Shown here one piece after another: positions 39,719 through 53,767 of a stretch of 64,000 nucleotides of DNA. Made by a program: the position numbers and the translations under genes. The stretch comes from Octopus sinensis (taxonomy: Eukaryota). A model generated the notes under the pieces. The model worked only from the letters and a program-made list of their open reading frames with translations. It was not told the origin of the DNA and did not search any database. How positions within the stretch are numbered: position 1 is the stretch's first letter; each line of letters starts with the position of its first letter. The DNA is taken from contig NC_042999.1 in assembly GCF_006345805.1 (NCBI RefSeq), positions 79,856,001 to 79,920,000 on the forward strand, read 5' to 3'.

Positions 39719-40345
39719 AATTGAAAGGTATAATGAATAAACACTCCAATTGGTTAAATCAACTTTATAGCATTCACAAATAATCGAAAATCGAATATAA
39801 ATATATCTTAAAACATAGGACACCCAATGGTAACACCCAACTATATAAAATATACACATATACACAATAAAAGTTGATAACCTGAAATGTGAAGCCTTCG
39901 TAAGTTTTCTCCTGATGAAAGGGTGTTGCCTGAGGATTTCCTTAATGAATTATACATTAACGATGTGAAGTAACATCTTTTGACACTATCGTAGAGATGG
40001 GCTTGAATGGACTATATTCTGGTTACCTTACACTTTATTTTTTGTATTTATACTCTTGTATTTTTATATATTTATATTATTATATTAGCTCTATTGCCTT
40101 TAGACGTCTTTATTATGCATTAATTTATTTCGTATATTTTTCTTCATTCGACTTCACTCGTATTACTTTTTTAGATTTTGTCACCTTTATTCGTCGTTTA
40201 TATGCGTATATTTAATACTGTTGGGTTTTACCATTGGGTGTCCTATTATTTTAATATATATTTATATTTTTATTTCTGATAATTTGAGAATGATATAAAG
40301 TTGTTTTCACCGATTGGAGAGTTTATTCAATATACCTTTCAATTG
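39719..40345. repeat. Inverted repeat, ~165-175 bp arms (39719-39880, 40170-40345)
   Basis: AATTGAAAGGTATAATGAATAAACACTCCAAT...ATAGGACACCCAATGGTAA versus the reverse complement at 40216-40345; roughly 80% identity by eye. Confidence 0.8.
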
Positions 40346-40346
40346 T

Positions 40347-40377
<31 letters not shown>

Positions 40378-40476
40378 TATATAATATATATATAATTTCA
40401 AAATGTAACTACATGTGGATGGTCGTCAATTTTTTTCTTCCGTCCTCGTTTTCTCTAGGACTTTCCTCTGTCTCCT

Positions 40477-40511
40477 GTTTCTGAAGAAGAGTATTTCTCG
40501 AAATGTAAAAC
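40477..40511 (+). ncRNA. Degenerate minimal hammerhead motif in a PLE-type tail
   Basis: GTTT-CTGAAGA(40481-87)-A-GAG-TATTT-CTC-GAAA-TG-TA-AAAC; stem I GTTT/AAAC; predicted GUA site. Confidence 0.45.
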
Positions 40512-40585
40512 TACCTTTCTTCCCTTCCCCGAACGTCTGTTAATACTTTGCATGTAGCACGTCCTCGCGTTGTTGTTTACAAATA

Positions 40586-41655
40586 ACAAGCGGTGTTCCA
40601 CAGGGCACTGTCTTGGGACCCCTGCTGTTCATAGTGGCCCTTTAAGACATTCCTTCAGTTGCTACGATGGCCACCCTTGCTAGCGATGCAGATGACACAA
40701 AAGTCTCCCACACAATACAAAACCCTGAAAACATTGCGCATCTTCAACAGGAGTTGGATACAATATATAGGTGGGCTGAGGACAACAACATGCAGTTTAA
40801 TGCAGGCAAGTTCCAGGCCCTGCGCTACCGGCACACAAAGGTAAACGACGTACAGACTGGATACATTGGCCCAGGAAGAATTGCAATCCCTGAGTCAAAA
40901 TCAGTGCGTGACCTGGGCATTGACATGAGCAATGACGCATCTTTCCATGTGCATATTACTAATTTGGTGATAAAATGCAGACGGCTAGCTGGCTGGATTC
41001 TCCGAACTTTCAGAACAAGAGAGAAGGAGACACTGATGGTCCTCTGGAAAACATTCGTCCTCAGCCGCTTGGACTACTGCTCCCAACTATGGTCACCACA
41101 CAATATAAAACTAACAGCAGAACTCGAAGCAATTCAGAGAAGCTACACAAAGAAGATCGTCTCAATGCAAAATATCAGCTACTGGGAAAGACTGAAAGCA
41201 TTAAACCTCTTCTCCCTAGAGCGGAGGCGGAAGATATATGCGGTGATATACATCTGGAAAATCTTGGAGGGTCTTGCCCCAAACTTTGGCATTCAAAGTT
41301 ACCCCAACCGCAGAACGGGGCGCCACTGCATGGTGTCAAAGATTCCAACATCACCATCAAAATACAGGTCCAGATACTGCAACAGCTTGGGTTTCAGAGG
41401 ACCACAGCTCTTTAACATCCTCCCTAAATGCCTGAGAGACTTATATGGTGTGAATGTGGGTTTCTTTAAAACTAAACTGGATCTCTTCTTGTTGGGAGTC
41501 CCAGATGAGCCTACCTCACGACAGGAGACGCGGATGCGGGCAGCAGCATCGAACTCCCTTGTTGATCAAGTGCCACGTATCAGAGGTGGATTCGCATATT
41601 AGTGTAGCTCATTCAGCGGTGATGCCCCAGCATGGCCGCGGCCTTCGGGCTAGAA
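40586..41655 (+). mobile_element. CR1/L2-like LINE, 5'-truncated, RT C-terminal half plus 3' UTR (inactive)
   Basis: SGVPQGTVLGPLLFIVAL*DIPS..ASDADDTK (YADD mutated to DADD, in-frame stop), W...NNMQFNAGKFQ, RDLG, LDYCSQLWSP, LNLFSLERRR; ORF 40667-41602. Confidence 0.92.
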
Positions 41656-41715
41656 AGAGAGAGAGATAAATAAATAGATGTTTATATGTAAAGCGAGTAC
41701 ACACACACACATATA

Positions 41716-42056
41716 TATTACTCTTTTACTTGTTTCAGTCATTTGACTGCGGCCATGCTGGAGCACCGCCTTTAGTCGAGCAACTCGACCCCGGGACTTA
41801 TTCTTTTTGTAAGCCCAGTACTTATTCTAAGTGACGGGGACGTAAACACACCAGCATCGGTTGTCAAGCAATGCTAAGGGGACAAAGACAGACACACAAA
41901 CACACACACACATACATATATATGTATACATATATACTACGGGCTTCTTTCAGGCTATAGCAGAAAACACTTGCCCAAGATGCCACGCAGTGGGACTGAA
42001 CCCGGAACCATGTGATTGGTTAGCAAGCTACTTACCACACAGCCACTCCTGCGCCT
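41716..42056 (-). mobile_element. SINE family B copy with internal deletions, tail-to-tail with the LINE
   Basis: CTCTTTTACTTGTTTCAGTCATTTGACTGCGGCCATGCTGGAGCACCGCC...GGAACCATGTGATTGGTTAGCAAGCTACTTACCAC. Confidence 0.85.
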
Positions 42057-42379
42057 ATATATAAATATATATTATATAATGTATATAAAATATATGAGCG
42101 TGCATATATATTTGTAGCAGTAGGATACAATTAGAAAATACAATATCCAAATAGATTGGGTTGGATATGTAAGTGGTGTTAGTGGTGTCTGTATTACCGC
42201 TCGGTAGAAGCGGTGTTTTTTCTTGATGGGGGATTCCTCGTGTTCGTTTGAGGGACATAGCTTCTAAAGAGTGAGAAAGAAACCACATAGAAATATTCCA
42301 TATACATGTCCACCATTAAAGAATTTGTAAAATACTTATAATTCACACACCCATAGACATACACAAAAACAACGATATA

Positions 42380-42388
42380 TATGTGACA

Positions 42389-42426
<38 letters not shown>

Positions 42427-42551
42427 TATTATTATTATTATTATTATTATTGTTGTTGTTGTTGTTGTTGTTTTGCTGTTCTTGTTTTTCGTCATATGGG
42501 GAATTTTATGATGACAGCTTGCATGACATGATATTTTTCATCTTATCAATA

Positions 42552-42618
<67 letters not shown>

Positions 42619-42660
42619 TAATAATAATATAATAAACAGCAGCAATAGCAGCAATAACAA
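42380..42660. repeat. (TTA)n(TTG)n and (AAT)n microsatellites in inverted arrangement
   Basis: Directly visible. Confidence 0.85.
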
Positions 42661-42772
42661 CGTTACTTTCCAAAACAGAAGCAATAAAAAAATAACTAAA
42701 ACAAAAGATATGTCTCAATGAATGGCTGAATTGCTGAGTAGATAAACAAACCAATGACGGAATACAAACATA

Positions 42773-42870
<98 letters not shown>

Positions 42871-43249
42871 ATCTACACACGCACACTTACACCTCTCCCA
42901 TATATATATGCACATATAATACATATTGTCAATATGAAAGAGTAAGGAAACGGCAAAAAGAAAACGAAAAGGCGGAAGGAATCTTAAGCGACGTAAATAA
43001 ATATAAAACATGTGACGGTATTTTTTATTATATTATGTGTTTGTTATTTTTGCGTATAAATATTTCATGAATCAAGTCAAATGCAGCTCAATAAAACAGT
43101 GAATATTATATCCCACCTAGAATGTGACGGACATTGTCTCAATCACAAGACCACACCATTCACAAAACGAAGTGAAGGAAAAATTATATTAAAAATAAAT
43201 AATTAAATATAGCAAATGCAGTACACAACATAAAATAAATATGAAAAGA

Positions 43250-43276
43250 GCAACGACGACAGTAGTAGTAGTAGTG

Positions 43277-43324
<48 letters not shown>

Positions 43325-43411
43325 ATAGTAGTAGTACTCATTGTTTTTATTATAAGGAGTAATACTTATACAAGTTGTAGTATAATATCAACACATAAAA
43401 TTATAATAATG

Positions 43412-43463
<52 letters not shown>

Positions 43464-43882
43464 CAATAATAATAATAACAATAATGATAATGATAATTAT
43501 AAAGATAATGATGATGATGATGATGATGAGGATGACGATGATGATGAAGATGATGATGACAACGACGACAACAATGATGATGATGATGATGATGATAATA
43601 ATAATAATAATATGAAGAAGAAGAAGAAGAAGAAGAAGAAGAAGAAGAAGAAGAAGAAAAAGAAGAAGAAGAAGAAGAAGAAAAGGAGGAGGGAAAAGGA
43701 GAGATAGAGAAAAAGTATGAAAGAGATAGAGAAAAAGAATAAAAGAATAAAAGAAGCAGTAGAAGGAGAAGAGATTAAGAAGTGGGAACAAAAAAAAAAC
43801 CTGTAGAAGAACAAGAAGAACAGAAAATTTTGTGGTCGTAGTGGTGAAAGAAAATAAGAATATCGCCACAACTAGATGCTGT

Positions 43883-43919
<37 letters not shown>

Positions 43920-43960
43920 GTTGAAAACAACCACGGCAATGTCGATGATTATAACGATGT
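43250..43960. repeat. Compound trinucleotide array (AGT)n-(AAT)n-(GAT)n-(GAA)n-(GAT)n
   Basis: Directly visible; source of the poly-V/I/M/F ORFs. Confidence 0.95.
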
Positions 43961-44300
43961 CGATGAAAATAATGGCGACAGCGATGACAACTACGATGAT
44001 TATACTAGAAATAATAATTAAGAAATAATACAAAATAGGAAAAGAAACAATCCTTATAAACCAACACCCCAACACCAACAACAACGACAACAGTAATAAA
44101 TATGTAATACGTATTAAATAAAAGAAAAGTCAATATAAAATGAAGACACCCACAGTGTGCTTCTGTGTGTGTATATCCATCTATATGCACATATATATAC
44201 ATATGCATCATATATACATACATACATACACACACACACACATATATATATATATATGTATGTCTTTATTTATATATATTTATATGTATATTAATGTATA

Positions 44301-44332
<32 letters not shown>

Positions 44333-44355
44333 CACACATATATACATACACACAC

Positions 44356-44386
<31 letters not shown>

Positions 44387-44929
44387 ATACATACATACAT
44401 GTATACATACATATATACATACCTATGTATATATGTGTATATATGTATATATGCATATAAACGTATATATATATATCTATTGTACGTATCTTTCAATATA
44501 GACCTGGACACCTAATATGTGCGTTCAATTGGTTTCTTTCGCAAAGCCGTTATTTGTATCGCCTTAATTTCATTACAACTGTCTCGACAATATTGTCATA
44601 CAGTAAATGTTAAAATCTCTTGGCAGTCTATGTTTTTTATTGCCGCTAACATCATCACGAATCACCACCACCACCACCAATAACAACAACAACATGCACT
44701 ACATCATCATCGAGTTCATATATACCTGCAGATATGCATCTACCGAATCGGCATCATCTTCGTCTAATACCGTTGTTGCTAGCATTCTCTTTATATTTGC
44801 GTTCATCATCATCGGTTGCTCGTTTCTTATGGTTTTCGTTCAAACCGAGCAGATGCTATCTCTGGTTTATGAAAGCAATATTGCGGTATATTTATTCTGA
44901 AGCTGGTGGTATTGAGATTGAGATTCTCT

Positions 44930-45123
44930 TTCCTGAAATTTTGGAAGAGGGGGGGGGCAGTCGATTAGATCGACCCCAGTACGCAACTTCTACTTAATTT
45001 ATCGACCCCGAAAGGATGAAAGGCAAAGTGGACCTTGGCAGAATTTGAACTCAGAACGTAAAAACAGACGAAATACTGCTTAGCACTTCGCCCGGCGTGC
45101 TAACTTTTCTACCAGCTCGCCGT
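44930..45123 (-). mobile_element. SINE family A copy
   Basis: GATTAGATCGACCCCAGTACGCAAC..GAAAGGATGAAAGGCAAAGTGGACC..CCCGGCGTGCTAAC..CCAGCTCGCC. Confidence 0.85.
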
Positions 45124-46814
45124 CTTATTTATGAAATTATACTAAACAATAAAACAACACTGACAGAAGATTTACGAGATCAGAAGATCTTGCCAATAAA
45201 AAGGTGAATGTTTCACTCGCTAGATTTGAGGTTCACAGCTATGTCATGGGTTAGATTTTCTGAGCGAGAAGTGAAATGTGTCGCTTTCATTTTACATTGC
45301 TCCAGTCTTAACTGAACCGTGTAACAAGCACCTCTCTCTTTCTCTAGCTGTCACATATTGGATAATCTACTCGGTCACGATTGAGAGATCCGAGAGAGTG
45401 TCACAATCTGCTCGCGACCTGATAGGCATCTAAAACGAAAGAAAGCATGGTACATGCTTCGAAGAAAAACTCGTTTAACTGTGACGGGGATATTTATATC
45501 GCTTTCAAAATAAAAAGAAATGCACATTTGATGATGTAATCTTAATTTAACAACATGCAAACTTTCCCCTGGTTACATAAATTAACTTTGATAAATTAAT
45601 TTTTAAATACTTCAAAGTACCTCCCTTCTTCTTTGAGAGTTGCTAACAATAGCCGCTAGGATTTTGTTCACTCTTTCCATTTCAATTAATTAAAAAGTGT
45701 TTGTTTTGCATATGGCATTCAGAAAAATACACTTTTTAACTTTTTTTTTATTCATGCGGTTCGTTCTTTTGAGTTAGTTTCCTTAGCACTATTTACATTT
45801 TAGCCTGAGCTACTCGCTATGTTTAGAATGGACGAATGGTTAAGGATTTCCGTTTGTAACCTTGAAATCCTATGTTCGATCTCACTGTGTAGCGTATTCG
45901 ACACATGTCACTTTCTACAACCTCGAATGGACCCATAACAAGTGGGTGAAATTGGCTAGATGGAAACGATTGAGAAACCCGAAGGCTTTTTTCGCTTTTT
46001 TTTTAAAGGGTTTTTGCTTGTAATTCAAATGTTTTTCCTGAGATTTACGTTTTAGGGTACACGTTTTTGTGGAGTGCTCAGCCAGTTACACGTTAATTCG
46101 GGAATAATTAATTCAGCTGAATCCTTGTCTTCGAACGACGGAAATTCCCACCACCGCCACCACCACCACCACCACACTATTTCTCGAAAACATGTCTCAC
46201 TGCGTTGTCCTAGGGTTAAATAACAGCAGTTGTACTGGAGAACAAACATACGTAACTACGCCTAACGTTCCTTAAACAAACCAATATGCGCTACTCTGGA
46301 CTACCAAGGAAGAATATATAAAGTCGCTTGAAACGCTAGCAATAGCAGCCAAATCTCCCTCAAGTTCCTCGAAACTGTCTTAAGAGAGGCACAAGCAACG
46401 AACTATTCAGTTATTGACAAATAATGTCAATAAAACGATGGATTATTCAAAATACTGGTTATGTACTAAGCAATAACAACCGCATTTAGTAAGCCTTTAC
46501 GTGATCATCACTCGAGCTTATAAAAATAGCCCTCAAATCTTTCTCTCAAATTATATCTTACTGTCTTCAAAAGAAAGGACGCATTGTAGGCCTGTGTCCT
46601 ACACACATACACGCACATGCGTGCTTTACTTATTTCTTTGGACGTCTATGCCTTATAAGATAAAGACAGGGACGCTATACCACATTTTATATTTTCAAAG
46701 CCATTGAAACTTTCCTACCTACCGTTACAGGGCTGAAATTATGATAAGCAACATAACAAAGTGCATATTATTTTTCTCTGTTACAGTTAAATTATTCGCT
46801 TTCGTTGATAATGT

Positions 46815-46984
46815 TGCTTCTGAGTTCAAATTCTGTCGAGGTCGACTTTGCCTTTCATCCTTTCGGGGCCGATTAAATAAGTACCAGTTGCGCACTAGGG
46901 TCGATATAATCGACTTAATCCGTTTGTCTGTCCTTGTTTGTTCCCTCTTTGTGTAGCCCCTTGTGGGCAGTAAATAAATAAGAA
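46815..46984 (+). mobile_element. 5'-truncated SINE family A copy
   Basis: TTCTGAGTTCAAATTCTGTCGAGGTCGACTTTGCC...GTAGCCCCTTGTGGGCAGTAAA. Confidence 0.85.
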
Positions 46985-47335
46985 ACGTATAATGTACACA
47001 AATGTGGATTATACTTACGAAGAAATGTACTTTTGCAGCGTAAGGGAGATAACCGTTCTTTAAGACACCCTTTTTCGTTATAAAAGTACAAATAGGACTT
47101 TTAAAGATAATTACCCTAATAACAAGGTATGTCCTAGCAACATTGTTTGGTTGATAATTCCATATGGTAAGAAGATGAAATCCGACCTCCTTTACCCGTT
47201 TTTTGAAGCCATGGATAAGAATTTCCCCAAAACTTCAAGATACTATTCCATTATCAATTCACACTGAATTATAATAGGGTTTTCAAACACCAAAAACCTT
47301 TCACAAATCGTTTCTTTGCATAACAAATCATTCTT

Positions 47336-47388
<53 letters not shown>

Positions 47389-47480
47389 TTATACGTGTGT
47401 GTCTGTCTGTATGTGAACGGTATGTGATTTCATCAATGCACTTTTAGTGTCTCGGAAATATACTTGTTCAAGAAGCGTAC

Positions 47481-47553
<73 letters not shown>

Positions 47554-49244
47554 CATATGAATGAGTGTGATCGAAACTATAGTTTGATTCTGTCATTGCT
47601 CCAATTTCTTTTCTTCTGTACATAAGAAACCCACAATGAAATCCTCAAACAGGTAACATCATGCCAGCTTTTCATATTTCCGCTTGTTTGTGTGATAAGA
47701 CGTTTGCCGGTTATCAGATGCAAAAAAATGCCAGTGCGTTATTATATAGCGTATCAGGAAGGCGTAGTGTTAACCATTTCAATGGCACATTTATGTGAGT
47801 TATACTTTGTGTTCGTTATAAAGACAGGTGTATCTTTCAGAAAGCCAAATTTATGTAAGCGTTACCATATGCAATAGTGTGTAAAGTTAGTCTACTTCTC
47901 TATTCAAGGAAATTGCTGTTGAATTGAGAAAATATTCATTGTCTTGCACTAGGAAGTTTTTAATTCTACTCAAGGAAATAGAAAACTTACCAGTGATAAA
48001 TAACTGTTATATCTATGATAAATTAGTTACTCAGTTGCTTAAAGCTATGGAACCTGGAGTTGAACACAGGTCCTATTGATAACGAAGTCTTATGATATTA
48101 GTATGAAAGAATTAGCATGCTAATATATTGAGAAAGAATGAATTTAATCGTCTCCATGTTTCTCATTCTAGAGATGACTTTGTACTTTTTGTCAAAATAG
48201 ATCAATAACAACTTTTCATTAGAAAGACTTAGAAATGTAATTAACGTTGTAGTATCTCGGTAAAAGTTTTAAATAAGATAAAATGAAATAAGAATATAAG
48301 TTTGAAACAGAAAGAGGAATAGAAAAAAAGAAAATATAATATGATCAAGAAAAAAAAACAGAACGGACGAAGAACAAAACACTCAGCTAAAACATAGTTA
48401 GTCTTTGCAAAAAGTACGTAATTAATTTGCGAAAACAAACATGTGTGTTGCATTTTAACAATAATGTTTTCTATGACATATGTTGTAGTTGTACTTTCTT
48501 TTGTTTTTCTTTTAAATGAAACAGCTGCATGGAAACGATTCCTCTATTCAAAAAGAGTAAATTGATTAAAAATTATTTTAAACGATGTGAAAGGTGTGAA
48601 AGTGAGAGAAAGAACAAGAAAGAAAGAAAAGAGACAGAGAAAGATTGAGATAGAGGTGGGAAGATAGGAAGGTGATCTGCAGTAAGGGGTGAGTGTCAAA
48701 GAAAGAGTGAAAGGAAACTATAATTGTATGAACTTTCAATAATTACAAGCTAAGAGGCGGTGAATTAGCTGAGACAGGGATATGTTAGATTAGATGTTAT
48801 AGTAATTTTGAACTCTTAATTTCGAAGTTCAAATCACCTCGTGGTTAATTTGGGTTTTGTTACTTTGTTGTCGATGAAATATATGCCACTAATATGCAGC
48901 AGGGGTTGCATATTCGATTTACTAAATCAGTTCCTAACAAAATTCTCTAGTCTTGTCTTTAATAATGATAATAATAATAATATAAAATCCATATTCGCTT
49001 TTGTGAGGCTGACGGAGAGCAATGATAGCAACCTCGGTAGACAGAGACAAGGAAAAAATGCCGTTCTATTGAAATCGAATTTTGTTGTTGTCCACACACT
49101 CTCATTTTCCCTAGATGTGATATTCTGTGCTTCCCGAAACACTAGCCTCGGCCACTTCTCTGAAAACAAAAATGTTGTTTCATGCTTATGTTAGAAAACA
49201 ATACTTCAGCATTTCATACAAAAGTATAGCATGATGAACATATA

Positions 49245-49430
49245 GGCACAGAAGTGGATGTATGGTAAGTAGCTTGCTTACCAACCACATGGTTCAGGGT
49301 TCAGTCCCACTGCGTGGCACTTTGGGCAAGTGTCTTCTACTATAGCCTCGGGCCGACCAAAACCTTCTGAGTGGATTTGGTAGACGGAAACCGAAAGAAG
49401 CCCGTCGTATATATGTATATATATATATAT

Positions 49431-49485
<55 letters not shown>

Positions 49486-49668
49486 CCCTCCCCAACATCA
49501 CTTGACAACCGCTGCTGTTGTGTTTACGTCCCCGTAACTTAGCGGTTCAGCAAAGAGACGGATAGAATAAGTACTAGGCTTACAAAGAATAAGTCCTGGG
49601 GTCGATGTCCTCGACTAAAGGCGGTGCTCTAATATGGCCACAGTCAAATGACTGAAACAATTAAAAGA
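49245..49668 (+). mobile_element. SINE family B, full length; CORE-like central segment from memory
   Basis: tRNA-like head, GGTTCAGTCCC B box, TTTGGGCAAGTG segment, internal (TA)n(TG)n, tail GGCGGTGCTCT..GGCCACAGTCAAATGACTGAAAC(AAAAGAGT)2. Confidence 0.85.
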
Positions 49669-50104
49669 GTAAAAGAGTATATGCATTGGTTATATGCTTC
49701 TATTTGTCTGGAGAAAGTGTGTTCAATATCCTATTCACGCTGTTCGTTGATTTATTCTGCTCTTGAGACTAAGTCATCTCCATATCTGTACATTTTAATA
49801 CATCTCAACACTTCTTACAAAGCAAACGGTGTTTAAATATATCGTAATTTGATTTTCACATACAACATCTATAAAAAGCTAAGTTTATAAGTTCAAAAAT
49901 TGCAGAAGAATTTGTGAGTGGGCAGTTTAACTTAAAGGCAAACCGGTAATCACAGAGAAGTGGGTTCGAGTTTCATGGCTGGCCGCTGACAATTTTTTTC
50001 TACAATATAAGGATAATATACTATCCACGGTATTTATGCATTATTCTGTGCTTGAGAGTAAATTATCTCCATATCTGTATATGTTCAATAATTTCACCAC
50101 CAGT

Positions 50105-50315
50105 AAGGCGATTAGATGGCAGAATCATTAGAACGCTGAGCAAAATGCTTAGCGACATTCATCCACCTTTTCGATCTGAGTTCAAATTCCGCCTAAGTCG
50201 ACTTGGCCTTTCATCCGTTCGGGTAGGATGCAATAAGTACCAGTTGTGTATTGGCGTCGAACTAATCTACCTATCTCTCCCTCGCAATCACTCGCCTTGT
50301 GCCAATACATGAAAA
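50105..50315 (+). mobile_element. Diverged SINE family A copy
   Basis: AGGCGATTAGATGGCAGAATCATTAGAACG..GAGTTCAAATTCCGCC..CCTTGTGCCAA. Confidence 0.7.
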
Positions 50316-50988
50316 CAATAATTTCATCGATAAATTGCTCTTTCTTTCTCTTTCTCTCTCTTTCTATATATATCTGTGTTGTGTGTGCACGCGCGTATGT
50401 ATGTCTCTGTGTATGTATTTTCTTACATACACACACTCACACATGCTGAGTGTGTGTGTGTGAAGAAGTGTGCGTATAGGAGAGCTGCATACATAACGTG
50501 ATGGTATCTGTAAGGTTCTCGGAACAGGGTAGGACGACGTATATGAGAAAGACAATATTATGAAAAATGGGACAATATATACAAAATGTCTGCGTGTAAT
50601 AGTGTAGGCACGTTAGAGAAAGTAAATACATACAAGCTGCAGTAAAATATCTAGAAATATCAAAATATCTATTTGACCATGAATGAAAAATTTAATAAGA
50701 ATCTTTCACTAAGATATTAGCAGATATTTTCTGCGCTTATATTTATTTTTCTCGTGAAACAAATGACCCGGATGCTAGAGAGGTCATTCTAGCCATTTTT
50801 GTTTTATCTTTGTCGTTAAATCTAATTTTTTATGTCGCTGTTTACACACGTAAATATATACATATACATACATATCGTATGCTTAAAAGGACACACACTC
50901 ACACATACACACACACACAAACACATACAAAAACGCATATACTTTTATAATACTCGTATACATACATAAATACATACATATATATATA

Positions 50989-51032
<44 letters not shown>

Positions 51033-51122
51033 GCATGTATAGTATTCTGTGTATGTATATATGTATATATATATAATACATATATATATATATATATATA
51101 CACACATATGTATATATATATA

Positions 51123-51196
<74 letters not shown>

Positions 51197-52277
51197 CACA
51201 TATATTTATATATGTATGTTGATATATATAATATATATATGTGTATATATATATGTATATATTATATATACATGTGTGTGAGTGTGTGTTACATATTATT
51301 ATATATATATATATTATATAATATATATATATATATACAACTATGCGTTTACATGCAGTTGTCTCGCTTTATTTTTTTTTTCACACTTCAATTCCTACAC
51401 AAATCCTGTTCTTGCAATTATCAAATATGAATGCAAAGAATACAAATTTTAAAGGAATATTTTTCTCATATTCATGTAATTACACTGCTGTGAGTTGTAG
51501 TGTAGCGGTATAGAGATGCATATAGACAATGTACAGATTTAAGAGGTTCGTTTTGTTTGATGCTTCAGAAACTGGAGTACTAGTACTATGGATCATTGTC
51601 TTTTGCTGAAAAGCATCTAGAAATAAAATGTTGGAAGCAAGATGTGTTTCGTTGAGTAATGTACACGTAGAGTGTTGTATACGGTATTTAATTCTAAGTA
51701 CCCCAGTCACTTCGCTCAGAAAGCCTTTTGCTTACTTGCTTGCCTGTTTTGTTAGCTTATTTCTTTTCGGTTCTCATGCGACCAAATCATTAATTGTTCT
51801 TTACACAGTTAGCTATAACTTCCTTAACAAAATTTTAAACGGTCATTAAATTTTTCATAATATATCTTATAGGTTTCATTTTGCAGAAATTATTAATCCA
51901 GGACTATGAGGCTTGTATTGGATAGCGTAAGCATAGTAAAAGTGTGTCCTTCATGTAACATTTTCTCTTGCTCTCAGGGGTTCATCATAGGAAATCGATA
52001 TTTGTACTTGTACAATTTCCATTGATTTTACGAACTTTTGAAATGTCTCATGTGAGGAAAATGCTGTGTAAGAAATCCCTTTCTAATAATATTCCTTTTT
52101 AATATATTGCACAATGACCTGGAAGGTACATATTAAATGCATTCATTACTTGCCTTGGCTTTATTGTTATATGTTGTGCGACTTCATGCCAGAAGAAGCT
52201 AGCCATGGAATAGTTTATTCTACTCAAATAAAGGCGGAAATTTCTGGTAACGTTCATCGTTTCTAAGCATTACACTA

Positions 52278-52890
52278 TATAAAGGGTGTTCGGACTCAAA
52301 TTCAGAGTTTTCGTAAAAGGAAAAGGAAACATAATATTCCATCCAAAAATAAACGTATTTTTAAAAATCAAAACAATATCAATTCGATTGTGGTTGGGGA
52401 ATAACTGTTTATGCAAATAAGCCGCCCTCAGCTTCCACCACGGCCTCAAGTGGATCGGTATGTGCGCGTGCGTTCCTTTGTATCCCTGTGACGATCGAAC
52501 ACCTGATCTTGGCCACCAGCTCAGCTTTGATATAGCAGGCAGAGCGATAGGTATCTTTCTCAAGTAATGTTTGGAATAAGAATCGCGGGAACTGGGAGTT
52601 AAGAATTTGGGGCTGGTGCAATCGTATAAATCCTCTGACGGCTATTTTTAACTCTTTCCGCAAATATGGAAACAAGCCGAATCCTGGTACCACATATATT
52701 GCCTTCCAGTATCTACCTTCTCCAACCAGGGTTTGAGCTCAATCTCCAGTAATCTCACAGAGCCGCCTGAATTAAGTCCTTGCTCAGAGATGTAGGGTGA
52801 CATGACGTCACCTTCACTGGAGACACACACAAAGACTATATTTCTTGCTTGTCCCAATTTCGCAGTCTCCGTTGTTGCTGCTCATGTGTT
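52278..52890 (-). mobile_element. Tc1/mariner superfamily (maT-like) transposase relic
   Basis: Minus strand VFVCVSSEGDVMSPYISEQGLNS..LEIELKPWLEKVDTGRQYMWYQDSA.FH..KS..EDLYDCTSP: degenerate WQQDSAPCH motif with stops and frameshifts. Confidence 0.7.
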
Positions 52891-52941
52891 CACAGAGCAT
52901 TAAGCAAATCCTATATCTATATACATGCAAATATTTATGAA

Positions 52942-53172
52942 AGGCGGCGAGCTGGCAGAAACGTTAGCACGCCAGTCGAAATGCGTAGCCGTATTTCGTC
53001 TGCCGCTACGTTCTGAGTTCAAATTCCGCCGAGGTCGACTTTGCCTTTCATCCTTTCGGGGTCGATAAATTAAGTACCAGTTACGCACTGGGATCGATGT
53101 AATCGACTTAATCCGTTTGTATGTCCTTGTTTGTCCCCTCTGTGTTTAGCCCCTTGTGGGTAGTAAAGAAAT
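52942..53172 (+). mobile_element. SINE family A, well-preserved monomer
   Basis: AGGCGGCGAGCTGGCAGAAACGTTAGCACG..GAGTTCAAATTCCGCCGAGGTCGACTTTGCC..CCCCTTGTGGGTAGTAAAGAAAT. Confidence 0.9.
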
Positions 53173-53691
53173 ATACATTTATGTCTGCGCGCACGCGTGT
53201 CTATATATGTACATATATAGACATATATATACACACAGGTACTCATACTGTCATCAAAGAAAGATTGTTTAATAATCCATTATGTGTCATGTATCAAATG
53301 TTATAAAACCTGGGTAAGTCACCTTATATATATATACTATGCTCTTTGAAGAGAGCATAGTATGTATATATACATGCGTACATACATGCATACATACACA
53401 CACACATATATATATATATAAAGATTTATGCTTGTATGGACCTATGTGTGTGTGTGCGTGCGTGAGTATGTATGAATGAAGTAATGAATGAATGAATGAA
53501 TGCATGTGTATGAATGTTTTGTGTTCGCGTCTGTGTATACCGTGTGACTTCCTGATCCAGTATATCGTAGATAATTGTATTTTTAGGTTATGGGCAGGAA
53601 AACACAAACATACACGCATATATGTAGGTATGTGTGTAAGTGCGCACATGCAGCCATGCATATATAAATACCTGTATATACATACTTACGT

Positions 53692-53767
<76 letters not shown>

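Noticed and set aside
40975-41415. 146-aa overlapping ORF
   Set aside because: Alternative frame of the LINE RT region.
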